Source of the DNA: Candidatus Levyibacteriota bacterium
GTDB lineage: Bacteria; Patescibacteriota; Microgenomatia; Levybacterales; UBA12049
Length of the DNA stretch: 64,000 nt
Direction: 5' to 3'
NCBI GenBank assembly: GCA_963790825.1
Contig: CAWBPM010000002.1
Location: forward strand, 167,159 to 231,158
Part shown: positions 10,568 to 19,848 of the stretch, one piece after another
Layout: every line of letters begins with the position of its first letter
Numbering within the stretch: the stretch's first letter is position 1
Position numbers and translations under genes: made by a program
The notes under the pieces: model-generated
What the model saw: only the letters and a program-made list of their open reading frames with translations
The model's database searches: none
What the model was told of the DNA's origin: nothing

Positions 10568-10669
10568 ACTTGTTTTGTGGTAATTATAGCTCTTCTATGT
10601 TACTTTATGCAAAACCTCCCTACTCATTCCTCCGCTTTTTTGTCCTTATTAAGTAAAAAGATAAAAATT

Positions 10670-10690
10670 AATTTGACTTCTTATAGCCAC
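10670..10690 (+). promoter_or_regulatory. copy 2 of 21-bp motif (AATTTGACTTCTTATAGCCACC), ~65 nt upstream of the 5-gene operon
   Basis: Sequence match to copies 1 and 3. It lies in the divergent spacer between the OLD-family nuclease gene and the operon starting at 10754. Confidence 0.45.
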
Positions 10691-10753
10691 CTTGTTTTGA
10701 ATATTGATTATTAATCCCCTAGTCGTATAATAAGTTTAATTAATAAAGGTTAT

Positions 10754-11557
10754 ATGAAAAATATTAAATTTAAGGTTTTCTTAGTTTTACTGCTAGCCTT
10801 TATTTCTTTAATCTTTTTTGTTAAGTTTTCTCCCCAACAAAAAACAACAATTTCTAAAATCCCTGAATGCGTTTCGTTTAGATGTCCTGAATATTTCAGT
10901 TTTACAGTAGATAACGATTCTCATGCTGACGAAAGCTTAGTAATTGTTCCAACAGCCATGAGCCAGGGGGTAGGAAAGTTAATGATAATAAAAAAAGGAA
11001 AAGTAATTTTTGAATCCCCCGAATTATTAGGTATAGGAGTTAGATCAACAGGAGACGGTAACGGATTTGTATTAACATATTTTAACCAAGTCAATCATGA
11101 AGATGCAATGAAAGTGCAAAGGTATAGATATAAGAACGAAAAGTTTGTTGAGGATAATGGTCCGGCTACCCCCAATACTCTAGATGCAGATATAGAATAT
11201 GTGCAAAAAGCTGGATTTTCAATCTTCAATCCCAATGATCCTATTTATCAAACAAATCCACTTATTGTTTTAATTGGAACCTGTACTGGATCTGCAGACG
11301 GTTACTGCCAAAGAGCTTTTTTCTTTTACAACGGAAAATTTGTTGGTACGGATTCTTCTGATACAAGTATAGGTATTGGTTTTAAATGGAGCACGGAAAA
11401 TACTATTGCCCTGAATTATATTCTTTATAATAAAGATGATTCCTTATCCTCACCAACGGGCGGAGCTGCAACAGTAAGGTTTGAATATGATGGAAATACT
11501 CTAAAAGTACTAGATAAATTACCTCCAACTGATTGGATGGTAAATGGACATAGATAA
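10754..11557 (+). CDS. exported or membrane-anchored hypothetical protein
   Basis: N-terminal hydrophobic helix VFLVLLLAFISLIFFV. Coding is clean over 267 aa. It is the first gene of a tightly packed 5-gene operon. Confidence 0.5.
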   Translation: MKNIKFKVFLVLLLAFISLIFFVKFSPQQKTTISKIPECVSFRCPEYFSFTVDNDSHADESLVIVPTAMSQGVGKLMIIKKGKVIFESPELLGIGVRSTGDGNGFVLTYFNQVNHEDAMKVQRYRYKNEKFVEDNGPATPNTLDADIEYVQKAGFSIFNPNDPIYQTNPLIVLIGTCTGSADGYCQRAFFFYNGKFVGTDSSDTSIGIGFKWSTENTIALNYILYNKDDSLSSPTGGAATVRFEYDGNTLKVLDKLPPTDWMVNGHR

Positions 11558-11562
11558 AATTT

Positions 11563-12450
11563 ATGAAAACGAAAAATAAATTTATTATTTTATTAATATC
11601 TTTAGGAATACTGGTTATAATTTTTATAATATATCCAAATATCTTAAATAAGTCTAGCGATAATTGTTTTAATCCTTATGAACTGAAAGATTTTACATCA
11701 GGGAAAGAAGTCGCACGAATTTGTAATGACACTTTGTTAATTGATTCTAAAAAGGTAGTAAGCAAAAAAGAATTTCCTGATTTATTTGAATTTAAATTAG
11801 ATAAAGATAGTAAACCTGATAAAGTAAAACAGTATGTCAGAATTTTTGAAAAAGATAAACAGGAATATGTTTCATTAAAATCATATATTGACTACGGTCC
11901 TTGGAATAATAGTGCAATAGGAATTTACAGAAAAGAAGGTAATAAATTCACCTTAATTTTTAAGAAAACATTTAATGAAAATTTAGGCAGATGGGTAAAT
12001 ATAGAATTTGGCGAAGATTCTACAGGAAGAGATCCTTTATATTATATAAATTATCATGGAGAAGGAATCTCAGTCTCCGGAGACATAGGATATCTTGGTT
12101 GCTATGGAGCATGTCGTTTGTTATGGTGGGATTTTTACGATTGGGATTCAGGCAAAAAAACATTTGTTTTAGCAAACAATAAGCATGTCGATGAGTTTAA
12201 GAGATTACTGGCAGATTACAAAGAAAGAGACAATACAACTTGCATGAACGAGGCAAATGTATCCGAAAGTATTACTAATCTTTATCCGATTAGAAAAAAT
12301 AAAGAAATATTTTGCTCTGATAATGCAGTACAGCCATATACTACTCCAAAACAAGCAGAAATACTGTTAAAAGGTGAAAAAGCAATAGAATTAATTATTG
12401 GCGGACAAAATATTTCAAATTCACAAGTTGATAAAGTAAAAATTGATTGA
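11563..12450 (+). CDS. membrane-anchored hypothetical protein
   Basis: N-terminal TM segment FIILLISLGILVIIFIIY. It starts 6 nt after the previous gene. Confidence 0.5.
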   Translation: MKTKNKFIILLISLGILVIIFIIYPNILNKSSDNCFNPYELKDFTSGKEVARICNDTLLIDSKKVVSKKEFPDLFEFKLDKDSKPDKVKQYVRIFEKDKQEYVSLKSYIDYGPWNNSAIGIYRKEGNKFTLIFKKTFNENLGRWVNIEFGEDSTGRDPLYYINYHGEGISVSGDIGYLGCYGACRLLWWDFYDWDSGKKTFVLANNKHVDEFKRLLADYKERDNTTCMNEANVSESITNLYPIRKNKEIFCSDNAVQPYTTPKQAEILLKGEKAIELIIGGQNISNSQVDKVKID

Positions 12451-12465
12451 AAGAGAAATACATAT

Positions 12466-13047
12466 ATGGCAAAAATCATTTTGGAATCAGGCAGTATATT
12501 ATCTTTCAAAGGAGATGCTCTAATTTGTTTTTGCGATTCAGATCTTACTTTAAAAAAAAATAATCGCATACTTCAAACTTTTTTTGAAAAAACAAAATTA
12601 AATAGTTCTCAGAAAAATGTTATTAATAAGTCATACGGTCAGAGTAAAGAACGGGAAGATAATTTACTTAAAGAATTATCAGCAATAGGATTTTGTGAGA
12701 TAGGAAATGCAGTAATTACAAAAGCGTACGATATTGATGTAAAACATTTTATATTTGTACCCTACATAGATAACGACAATCCAAATGATAAATTAAACTT
12801 TGTTTTATTCCACAGAGCTCTACGTTCTGCTTTTACTTTGGCGAATTTATATGGAGTAAAAAGTTTAGCTGTACCAATACTTCGAACTAAAATTGCAAAA
12901 AAAGAACTTATGGATAAGGTAATTTCTCAAGTATTTGATACAAAAAAAGAGACAACGCTAAATGAAAAAGAATTAACAGATATAATAGTTGCGATATCAA
13001 AAGAATTTGAGGGGCAAACTTTAGAAGAAATATTTATTTATAGATAA
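12466..13047 (+). CDS. hypothetical protein, possibly a divergent macro (ADP-ribose-binding/hydrolase) domain
   Basis: IILESGSILSFKGDALICFCDSDL, GNAVITKAYDIDVKHFIFVPY and KSLAVPIL follow the macro-domain pattern (GDIT..DAIVNAAN / G.AvvT / IAfPaI). The canonical Gly-rich loop is missing. Confidence 0.3.
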   Translation: MAKIILESGSILSFKGDALICFCDSDLTLKKNNRILQTFFEKTKLNSSQKNVINKSYGQSKEREDNLLKELSAIGFCEIGNAVITKAYDIDVKHFIFVPYIDNDNPNDKLNFVLFHRALRSAFTLANLYGVKSLAVPILRTKIAKKELMDKVISQVFDTKKETTLNEKELTDIIVAISKEFEGQTLEEIFIYR

Positions 13048-13063
13048 TTTAGATTAAAATAAC

Positions 13064-13552
13064 ATGGAAACTTTAAGTATGGGTTTTACTTTAGATCAAG
13101 CAATAAAAATTGCACAACAAGCGCACGAGGAACAAACAGATAAGGCAGAGAAACCGTACATCGAACATCCTATTTTTGTAATGAATTTATTGCAAACTGA
13201 GGAAGAAAAAATGACGGGAGTTTTGCATGACATAGTTGAGGATAGACATATGACATTTGATGATTTAGAAAAATTGGGATGTCCAGCTAGTGTAATAATC
13301 GCCTTAAGATTAGTAACTCATCCTGAAGACTTTGATGGAACAGTAGAGGCATATATGGAAGGTATTAGTAAAATTGTAAGTTCAGGCAATCAAACAGCTA
13401 TAAATGTAAAATTTGCAGACTTAATTCATAATTCGGATTTAACAAGAATACCTAATCCTACTGAAAAGGATTTTACCAGAGTAGTAAAATATAAAAAGAG
13501 TTTAGATATTTTAAAACCGTTAGTTAGTGATTACCTTATTAAACATGATTAA
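13064..13552 (+). CDS. HD-domain hydrolase resembling small alarmone hydrolase (RelA/SpoT-type (p)ppGpp/ppApp hydrolase domain, Mesh1-like)
   Basis: AIKIAQQAHEEQTDKAEKPYIEHPIFV...GVLHDIVEDRHMTFDDLEKLGCPASVIIALRLVTH...KFADLIHNSDL matches the RSH HD-domain motif order (HD...HD/ED...KLADxLxN). Confidence 0.55.
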   Translation: METLSMGFTLDQAIKIAQQAHEEQTDKAEKPYIEHPIFVMNLLQTEEEKMTGVLHDIVEDRHMTFDDLEKLGCPASVIIALRLVTHPEDFDGTVEAYMEGISKIVSSGNQTAINVKFADLIHNSDLTRIPNPTEKDFTRVVKYKKSLDILKPLVSDYLIKHD

Positions 13553-13889
13553 TAAATGCAAATTATTAAAATTAGAAAATCCCTCTGAAAATGATATTAA
13601 TTTAGACAATTTTGAGTTATTAAAAACCTATGTTAAAGAAAGTCATTTATGGAGATATTTATTGAAATGTAAAGATTGCGGACAATTATATTTCTATGAG
13701 TTTTATGAAGAAATAGATTGGAATAAAGGTCGAGATCCTCAATATGTTACCTATATACCAGTAGAAAATATTAAGAAAGCTGATGAATATTCTAAGCTTG
13801 ATCAATTCGGAATTTTAAAAGAAAAACCAAGATTACAAAAAGATTGGTCATCTGAGCAGGATAAGCCTAAAATAAGTTGGGTAAAGTAG
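13527..13889 (+). CDS. hypothetical small protein, last gene of the operon
   Basis: 120-aa ORF overlapping the HD gene's end. No recognisable motif. Confidence 0.35.
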   Translation: MITLLNMINKCKLLKLENPSENDINLDNFELLKTYVKESHLWRYLLKCKDCGQLYFYEFYEEIDWNKGRDPQYVTYIPVENIKKADEYSKLDQFGILKEKPRLQKDWSSEQDKPKISWVK

Positions 13890-13912
13890 TAGTTTTGATA
13901 ATTAGTCTACTT

Positions 13913-13933
13913 AATTTGACTTCTTAGCCACAA
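13913..13933 (+). promoter_or_regulatory. copy 3 of the 21-bp motif, followed by the palindrome CATCCGGATG plus a T-run (terminator-like) at ~13955..13990
   Basis: Exact 21/21 match to copy 1. Downstream lies a hairpin followed by TGGGTTGTTTTTATTTT. Confidence 0.4.
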
Positions 13934-13990
13934 GTATACAATTATTTAATTAACGACTCACCGATGGGGGCATCCGGATGTGGGTTGTTT

Positions 13991-14572
13991 TTATTTTAAC
14001 GTCACCCAATAAGACCACTCATCCTTGTCTATTAGCTTAAGTAGAAAGTTATATTTAAATTCCTTGCCCTTGAAAGATAATTCTATTTCTTTAAAGTTTT
14101 TAATCTTTTGTTTAAATGTACCTCTATCTATAATCTCGAATCCTGTTAACTCGTAATTTACTTTTTCAATATATCCTTTTGTCTTTAATTTACCGGGGAG
14201 ACCATTTTCGAAAACAAGAAATGATGTTTTGTTTTCGTTTTTTAATGGCTTAAAAAATGTTGTTTTAAAAACATATGTATTTAATTTTTTATATAGCACA
14301 AACTTACAATTTGTAAGGAATATGTCTTTATCAAACTCCTCTGCATCTTTTATAAATCCCAACCCCTTAACACTTAAATTAAGCATCGCTACTTTAAATT
14401 CACGATCTTCAAATTCTTTTTTAAGTACGGGTTTCTTAGAGAAGTCCGGTCCTTCAAGAATGCTCTTTTGTATTTTTAAAAAGTTTGTTTTGAGTCTTTT
14501 CCTTTTTCGTTTATCAAAATATATATCATTTTGAAATGTCTTAACTCCTTTTTTAATATCAATACCGTACAT
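13991..14572 (-). CDS. hypothetical protein
   Basis: 193-aa Lys-rich ORF with no motif I can name. Confidence 0.4.
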   Translation of the reverse strand: MYGIDIKKGVKTFQNDIYFDKRKRKRLKTNFLKIQKSILEGPDFSKKPVLKKEFEDREFKVAMLNLSVKGLGFIKDAEEFDKDIFLTNCKFVLYKKLNTYVFKTTFFKPLKNENKTSFLVFENGLPGKLKTKGYIEKVNYELTGFEIIDRGTFKQKIKNFKEIELSFKGKEFKYNFLLKLIDKDEWSYWVTLK

Positions 14573-14597
14573 GTTTGTATTTTATCACTTATATTAA

Positions 14598-15359
14598 ATG
14601 AATTTGTTAATATATACCTATACTATGATGGATTCAATAATGCATTATCCAATCACCTTTGGCGCTATAAAAATAAAAATAATTGAGGTTATCGATGATT
14701 TAAAATCCTGCAAAACTAGAGCCATAATGCTTAAAGACAATTCTACGACTGAACAATTTGTTGTATTTATTGTTTTTTCTTTGATAATTTTCGGAATAAT
14801 ATTATTTAACTCTGTCAGTCAAGCAGATTTTTATTCACATACAATTAATACGCTACTTATTGTATTAATCACCTTTATTATTTACTGCTTATCAGATTAT
14901 TTTTGGTTTTTAAAAAACAAACAATATGTTTATGAACGAAATATTCGTGAAACAGAAATTATTAAGGGTTTATTGGGTAAAACTAATATAAGTTTAATAA
15001 ATACAGAATTAACTAAACAAGTACAAATACAGCTTGTTACTAATTATTATGCAAAAGAAATTAATTCATATATCTATCGATACTTAGGAGAAATAATATG
15101 TTTATTAATTGTTCTTTTATATATTAATCAGCTGTTTTTCTATTTTAATCTCGTGTTATTTTTTGGGATGTTTGTTTACGATGCCTTGTATGCTAGAGGA
15201 TCGACAACGCAAGCATTCGCAGACACTATATTATTACTAAGTTGTATTAAAGAGTTTAATAAGGAAGATCCAAAAAAATGTAAAAAATACATTTTAGAAA
15301 ATAAGAAAAAGGAAATTAGAGATCTGAAGAAACTTTATAAATCTATTTTAAAAGATTAG
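14598..15359 (+). CDS. hypothetical polytopic membrane protein
   Basis: 253 aa with at least four hydrophobic helices. A hairpin followed by a T-run sits right after the stop. Confidence 0.4.
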   Translation: MNLLIYTYTMMDSIMHYPITFGAIKIKIIEVIDDLKSCKTRAIMLKDNSTTEQFVVFIVFSLIIFGIILFNSVSQADFYSHTINTLLIVLITFIIYCLSDYFWFLKNKQYVYERNIRETEIIKGLLGKTNISLINTELTKQVQIQLVTNYYAKEINSYIYRYLGEIICLLIVLLYINQLFFYFNLVLFFGMFVYDALYARGSTTQAFADTILLLSCIKEFNKEDPKKCKKYILENKKKEIRDLKKLYKSILKD

Positions 15360-15373
15360 TTTAGCTCTTGGCT

Positions 15374-15397
15374 AAAGAGGGGTCTTGCCCCTCTTTT
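15374..15397 (+). terminator. intrinsic terminator hairpin AAAGAGGGG-TCTTG-CCCCTCTTTT
   Basis: Perfect 9-bp stem followed by a T-run, 15 nt after the stop at 15359. Confidence 0.6.
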
Positions 15398-15535
15398 GAC
15401 AAGGGTTTCCGCTTCGCTCCAATAAACGCTTTTTAAGCGCCCTTGCAAAATTCACCCCGCTTGTCGTTTCACTTCTATAGGTAGCAGGCAGGCTGCTACC
15501 TAAAAATAAATTATTAAAGAAAGGAGGTGAAAAAT

Positions 15536-15850
15536 ATGAAACTAATAACAGAAGAACTAAGAAAAGCATTACCGCCTTTATACTCCAGAGAAAAGGAGAA
15601 AGACCCTATGGTTATCTGTAAATTCTTTTTACCGATGACCAAATGGACTTGGTATGCAATCGAATTCGACGGAAAAGATTCGTTTTTCGGGTTTGTCGCA
15701 GGAGAATATTCAGAGCTTGGATATTTTTCATTATCTGAGCTTGAAGGACTAGAAGGCCTTTACGGAGTAGGAGTTGAGCGGGATAGGTATTTTGAGCCCG
15801 TCAGGTTGTCTACGATAAGGGCAGAATACGAAAGCTACAACTATCGCTAG
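15536..15850 (+). CDS. DUF2958-family protein (family common on conjugative plasmids and ICEs)
   Basis: LRKALPPLYSREKEKDPMVICKFFLPMTKWTWYAIEFDGKDSFFGFVAGEYSELGYFSLSELE matches my recollection of the DUF2958 signature (LPPLYSQE..DP.V..KFF.P...WTWYA.E.DG.D.FFGLV.G...ELGYFSLSEL). The ATG at 15536 is 7 nt after AGGAGGTG (the track's GTG start at 15527 lies inside the Shine-Dalgarno sequence). Confidence 0.6.
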   Translation: MKLITEELRKALPPLYSREKEKDPMVICKFFLPMTKWTWYAIEFDGKDSFFGFVAGEYSELGYFSLSELEGLEGLYGVGVERDRYFEPVRLSTIRAEYESYNYR

Positions 15851-15857
15851 ACAAGAG

Positions 15858-15887
15858 AGCCTGCCGTTTCGCCTTAAGCGGCAGGCT
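15858..15887 (+). terminator. hairpin AGCCTGCCG-(12 nt)-CGGCAGGCT after the DUF2958 gene
   Basis: 9-bp perfect stem with only a weak T-run (TTTAAAAAT). It is related in sequence to the hairpin GTAGCAGGCAGGCTGCTAC at 15481..15499 upstream of the gene. Confidence 0.4.
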
Positions 15888-15915
15888 TTAAAAATATAGA
15901 AAGGAGGTGAAAATT

Positions 15916-16083
15916 ATGATAAATCCAATGCTCACAAATGAGTACGAAGATGAAATTCTAAATCTTATTGATAATCAAGATGAGTTTACAAGAAGTGATT
16001 TACAGGGAATAGTTACCGTACTTGTTAATAAGATTATGAATGAGGGTTTCAAAATAATCAGCAATCAGAAAAGTACGGAATAG
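15916..16083 (+). CDS. small ORF (55 aa) with a strong Shine-Dalgarno sequence
   Basis: AGGAGGTG lies 7 nt before the ATG. The product is MINPMLTNEYEDEILNLIDNQDEF... and is not in the track because it is under 60 aa. Confidence 0.35.
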   Translation: MINPMLTNEYEDEILNLIDNQDEFTRSDLQGIVTVLVNKIMNEGFKIISNQKSTE

Positions 16084-16100
16084 AAAATATTGCAGACGGT

Positions 16101-16922
16101 TTATTCTACTTTCTGTAAAGCTTTACTGTTAATTCCTTGATATTTAATTTCGCCATTGGTAATTAAATAGAAGTTGATTGTTGAACTTATCTCACTCAAC
16201 TTATCTTTGATAAATTCTTTTACTTTATTTTTATAATATCCGTTAGGACAAACTATTATTATTTCGGGAAAAGGAAGCTTCATATTTGTTTGCCAAATAT
16301 TATTATTGAAATATTCGAAGTATTGTTTTACTCTAAATTGCCATCTTTTCTTCGGAGCAAATTCATCAATAATTTCTAAAAAATATCTTTGAGCATTTTT
16401 ATCTTTATCCTCAATAACAAAATATGCATCCGGCTCTTTATCAAGAATATGGGGAACGCCCTTTAAATCAACTTTGGTAAAAAAATACAGTTTGCCTTTT
16501 CCTTTATCAACTGTTTTAACTAAGTTTAAAAGAGAAATATAAATATCCGCTAATAGAATGCAGTGCTTTTTAAATTTTTGGGAATAAGAATATTCATCCC
16601 AAACCCTGTCTAGTAAGGGAATATTAATATCCTGAATTTCCGGGAAATCTTTAAAATATTTTCTACCAATATTCCCTAAAGAATATACTGTCGGTATATC
16701 TGGGAATTTTTTAGAATAGTCACTTTTAATGTATTTATTGATTGTTAAGTATTTTAGCCATTTAAGTATTTTTGCGTGATTTTTATGATTTAAGAGTATT
16801 TGTATTTGTGGTCTGGTTAAAAAGCGGAATCTGTAGATAAGGATAATTATTTCTTCTAATTTTTTCTTTAGTCTTTCTTGTTGTGTAGTTATTATTTTTT
16901 TTATTGTTTTTAGTTTATTCAT
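16101..16922 (-). CDS. replication-relaxation family protein (plasmid/ICE Replic_Relax-like)
   Basis: N-terminal LEEIIILIYRFRFLTRPQIQILL matches the family's helix-turn-helix (HTH) signature. It is paralogous to the ORF at 30797..31594 (ILLLLYRFRFLDTPTIQLYL). Confidence 0.55.
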   Translation of the reverse strand: MNKLKTIKKIITTQQERLKKKLEEIIILIYRFRFLTRPQIQILLNHKNHAKILKWLKYLTINKYIKSDYSKKFPDIPTVYSLGNIGRKYFKDFPEIQDINIPLLDRVWDEYSYSQKFKKHCILLADIYISLLNLVKTVDKGKGKLYFFTKVDLKGVPHILDKEPDAYFVIEDKDKNAQRYFLEIIDEFAPKKRWQFRVKQYFEYFNNNIWQTNMKLPFPEIIIVCPNGYYKNKVKEFIKDKLSEISSTINFYLITNGEIKYQGINSKALQKVE

Positions 16923-17023
16923 GATTTACTTCCCCCTATATATTTATATATAGGAATATATAGCCGGTTCTTTTTATATTTTTAGCTTCATATTTACTTA
17001 ATTTTGGTATCAATGGGTTGATA

Positions 17024-19561
17024 CTATTTTTGACCTGGATTTGTAATATATTTGACTGTTTTAGTTACTGGTTTAGCTATCTTTTTTTCTTCCTTTTTTT
17101 CATAAGTTACGGTTTCTGTTTCAACTTTGGGTTTAATGTAGAGCTTGGCGTAAGTGCTTCTTGAGAGATTAATTAATTGATTAATTTTTTGAGAATTTAC
17201 TTTTATATCAACCGGGATGGTAACTGCAGAGAAGGGTTCATCGGGAGTTATTGCTGAAATTTTCATATAGAATTTATATATCGGAAGATTGGAGATTTCA
17301 CCTGCTTGTATGTATGGAGCAAATTGCGGAAGCATTAATTTTTCATCATCAGGATTAGCACTTCTAAAAGAAATGACGGTTCCGACATTTGCCAAAATGA
17401 CATTAACAATATTTTTGTCTTTTTGTTGAGAAGTAGATTGTTCGGCCATTGTTAAAAATACTTTATATTTTCTTGACTCTGACAGCATTTGAATAAATGA
17501 AGGAGTGGCAAAGTTTTGAAATTCGTCAACATATAGATAAAAAGATTTTCTGTCTTCCTGGTCATTCTGGCTCTTTTTAAGGAAGCCAGTTGAATCTTAG
17601 TTAATATCATTATTCCCAAAACTTCAGAGTTATCTTCTCCTATTTTTCCTTTTGAAAGATTGCAGATTAATATTTTTCCGCTGTCCATAATCTCATCAAA
17701 ATTAATAGTAGATTTAGTTTGTTCCATGATTCTTTTTGCAGTCGGAGAGAAAAGAAACCTTCCGATTCTTGATGTAATCGGGCCGATCATTTTAACTTTC
17801 TGATAGTCGCCTGCCTTCCGAATTCATTTTTCCAAAAGTTTTTTAAGTTTTCGTCTTAACCTGTTTTAATACTTCTTCTTTGAAAGGCGGGATCTGTTAA
17901 GAAGATTATAGACGGTAAAGATATTCGGATCTTTAAGACAAAGGCCGTTTGAATAGTATTTCTTAAAATATATTCAAATCTATGAGCATGAGCTGACCAA
18001 ACATCGGAGAATATTTTTCTAAATAGAGAGATTACGCTTTCAGTTATAAGTTCTTTTTCTCTTAAGATTCATCTTCGTCTTCATTAGGAGATAGTTCTAA
18101 AAGATTTAAACCAATCGGATATTTTAAATCATCGGGATTAAAATATATAAAATCGTTTTTCTCGATTTTTGGGAATAAGGGATAATGACTGATTCGGCTA
18201 AGTCTCCATGGGGATCAATAACGCAAAGCCCTTTACCTTTTTCAATATCATCCTTTGCCATTGAAAAAATCATGGTGGTTTTACCTGTTCCGGTTGCTCC
18301 GATAATATATACATGTTTTTGTCTTTCATTTTCGGTTAATCCGATTGCTGTTTCTTCTCCGGCATAGGAATTTTTGCAAAAGAAATGTCAAAATTTTTAG
18401 TCTTTAAAGACAACGGAGCTGGAAGTTCTTTGCTGTGTGTTTTAACCAAATCTTCGGTAGTAACAGTATTAGCAAACGGGAAATGAAAAAGAGAGGAAAT
18501 TTCGGAAACCGAAAGATATGATTTATTTAATAAAGTCAGTCTATTCTTAAAAGAAAAAAATATCAGCTTATCCATCACTCCCAAACCTAAATGTTTTTTA
18601 GAAGTTATTGATTGATACTCAGATGAAGAAAAACTACTAAAAGAAGAGCTGATTGAACTTACTCTTTCGGAAATGTTTTCCTCACGATCTGATATTAGAA
18701 GCAGTCTTATTGAGGTTTCAAATAACGGCTGCTCTACTTTTTCATTAATTAAAGCGATAATATCTTTTTCGGATGGTGATTGCCGGTTAAGTGTTTTACT
18801 TGGCGGCTCTTGATAACATTCTGAATAACTTTGGTGAATTAATATAATGAAGAGTATCTGCATTTTTAAGAATAAATTTCTGTATCTTTTTGGCTTCCTT
18901 TACTTTTACCGGAGTTAACACTATCTGAAGCGATATTAACTCTTGAGGATTTAATTTTGTCATCATGCCGGTGATGTATGAAATGGGGTCATACATTTCC
19001 AACAGATTATGTTTCTTTAAAGGAAAGGCAAAATGATTCGCTAATTTAAAATCAATAATTTTATATTCTTTCTTTTTTAACTCTTCTAAGCTTTCGGGAA
19101 GATAATCCTTAATTTCTTTAATGGTAATTTGCGGAAGATATGAAATGAGAGTTTTTCTTAAGATACTCGCTTTCTCAGGGGTAGTTCTGATTAAGTATCT
19201 TATTCCCTCACTTCTGGTTGAAACAATCTCTAAGGAAAAGTATATTTTCTTTCCTAATAATTTATCTTTTAAAGAGCGTTGTTTTCCAAGCGATTGGATA
19301 AGAGAAAAAAGCTGCTCGGTTGTATAGCTTTCCTTTTCGGTTAGAGAGGGAGGAGTGATTTCCAATATGGTTTGTTTTCCTTTTAATAATGCTCTTAAGA
19401 TAAGCAGTTTTCCTAGGAATATATGCAATTACTAAGAGTATGAGAAAAACGATAAGATACGGAATTGAAGAATATGCGGTTTTGACAATAGGACTACCAG
19501 GCAGGTATTTGAGCAGGGCTTGGAATAGATTATTGGCCTCGAACTGTTGAATGTTATTCAT
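17024..19561 (-). pseudogene. VirD4/TraG/TcpA-type type IV coupling protein gene, disrupted by multiple frameshifts and stops
   Basis: Five overlapping ORF fragments lie in different frames. There is an N-terminal TM segment at 19262..19561. My translation of 18181..18348 (minus strand) gives HVYIIGATGTGKTTMIFSMAKDDIEKGKGLCVIDPHGDLAESVIIP (Walker A) but has no start codon and is followed by an in-frame stop. LYVDEFQNFATPSFIQMLSESRKYKV is split across two frames near 17490. Confidence 0.7.
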
Positions 19562-19652
19562 ACACTCCGGGCAGGTGGACAGAAGCCTTAAATTACTGAG
19601 GGTAGTATAGCACAGACGTCTATAGTTGCTAAAACCTAGAGTATTTAACTAC

Positions 19653-19699
19653 TTGACAGCCTCATTTTCAGGGTATACACTATCCATGTAGTGGATAGT
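19653..19699 (+). promoter_or_regulatory. sigma70-like promoter (TTGACA-17-TACACT) overlapped by the 21-bp palindrome ACTATCCA-TGTAG-TGGATAGT
   Basis: Read directly from the sequence. It lies ~150 nt upstream of the serine recombinase gene and is a possible autoregulatory operator or recombinase binding site. Confidence 0.4.
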
Positions 19700-19848
19700 T
19701 ATATATAATATGAATAATTTTAAAAAACCTCTTATAGTTAAGTTAAACTCCGAAGAAATGCTTAAAACCCTCGCAAATTTAGTTATTGACCGAATTTTAG
19801 AAGATATAGGCAGGAAAAAACAAATAAATACTAAATCGAGCACATAAT

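Noticed and set aside
10754-11557. LppP/LprE-like lipoprotein assignment for the 267-aa exported protein
   Set aside because: It rests on vague recollection of a YCQRAFFF-type motif. I cannot support it from sequence alone.
12466-13047. Confident macro-domain call for the 193-aa protein
   Set aside because: The pattern is suggestive but the Gly-rich phosphate-binding loop is absent. I kept it as low-confidence only.
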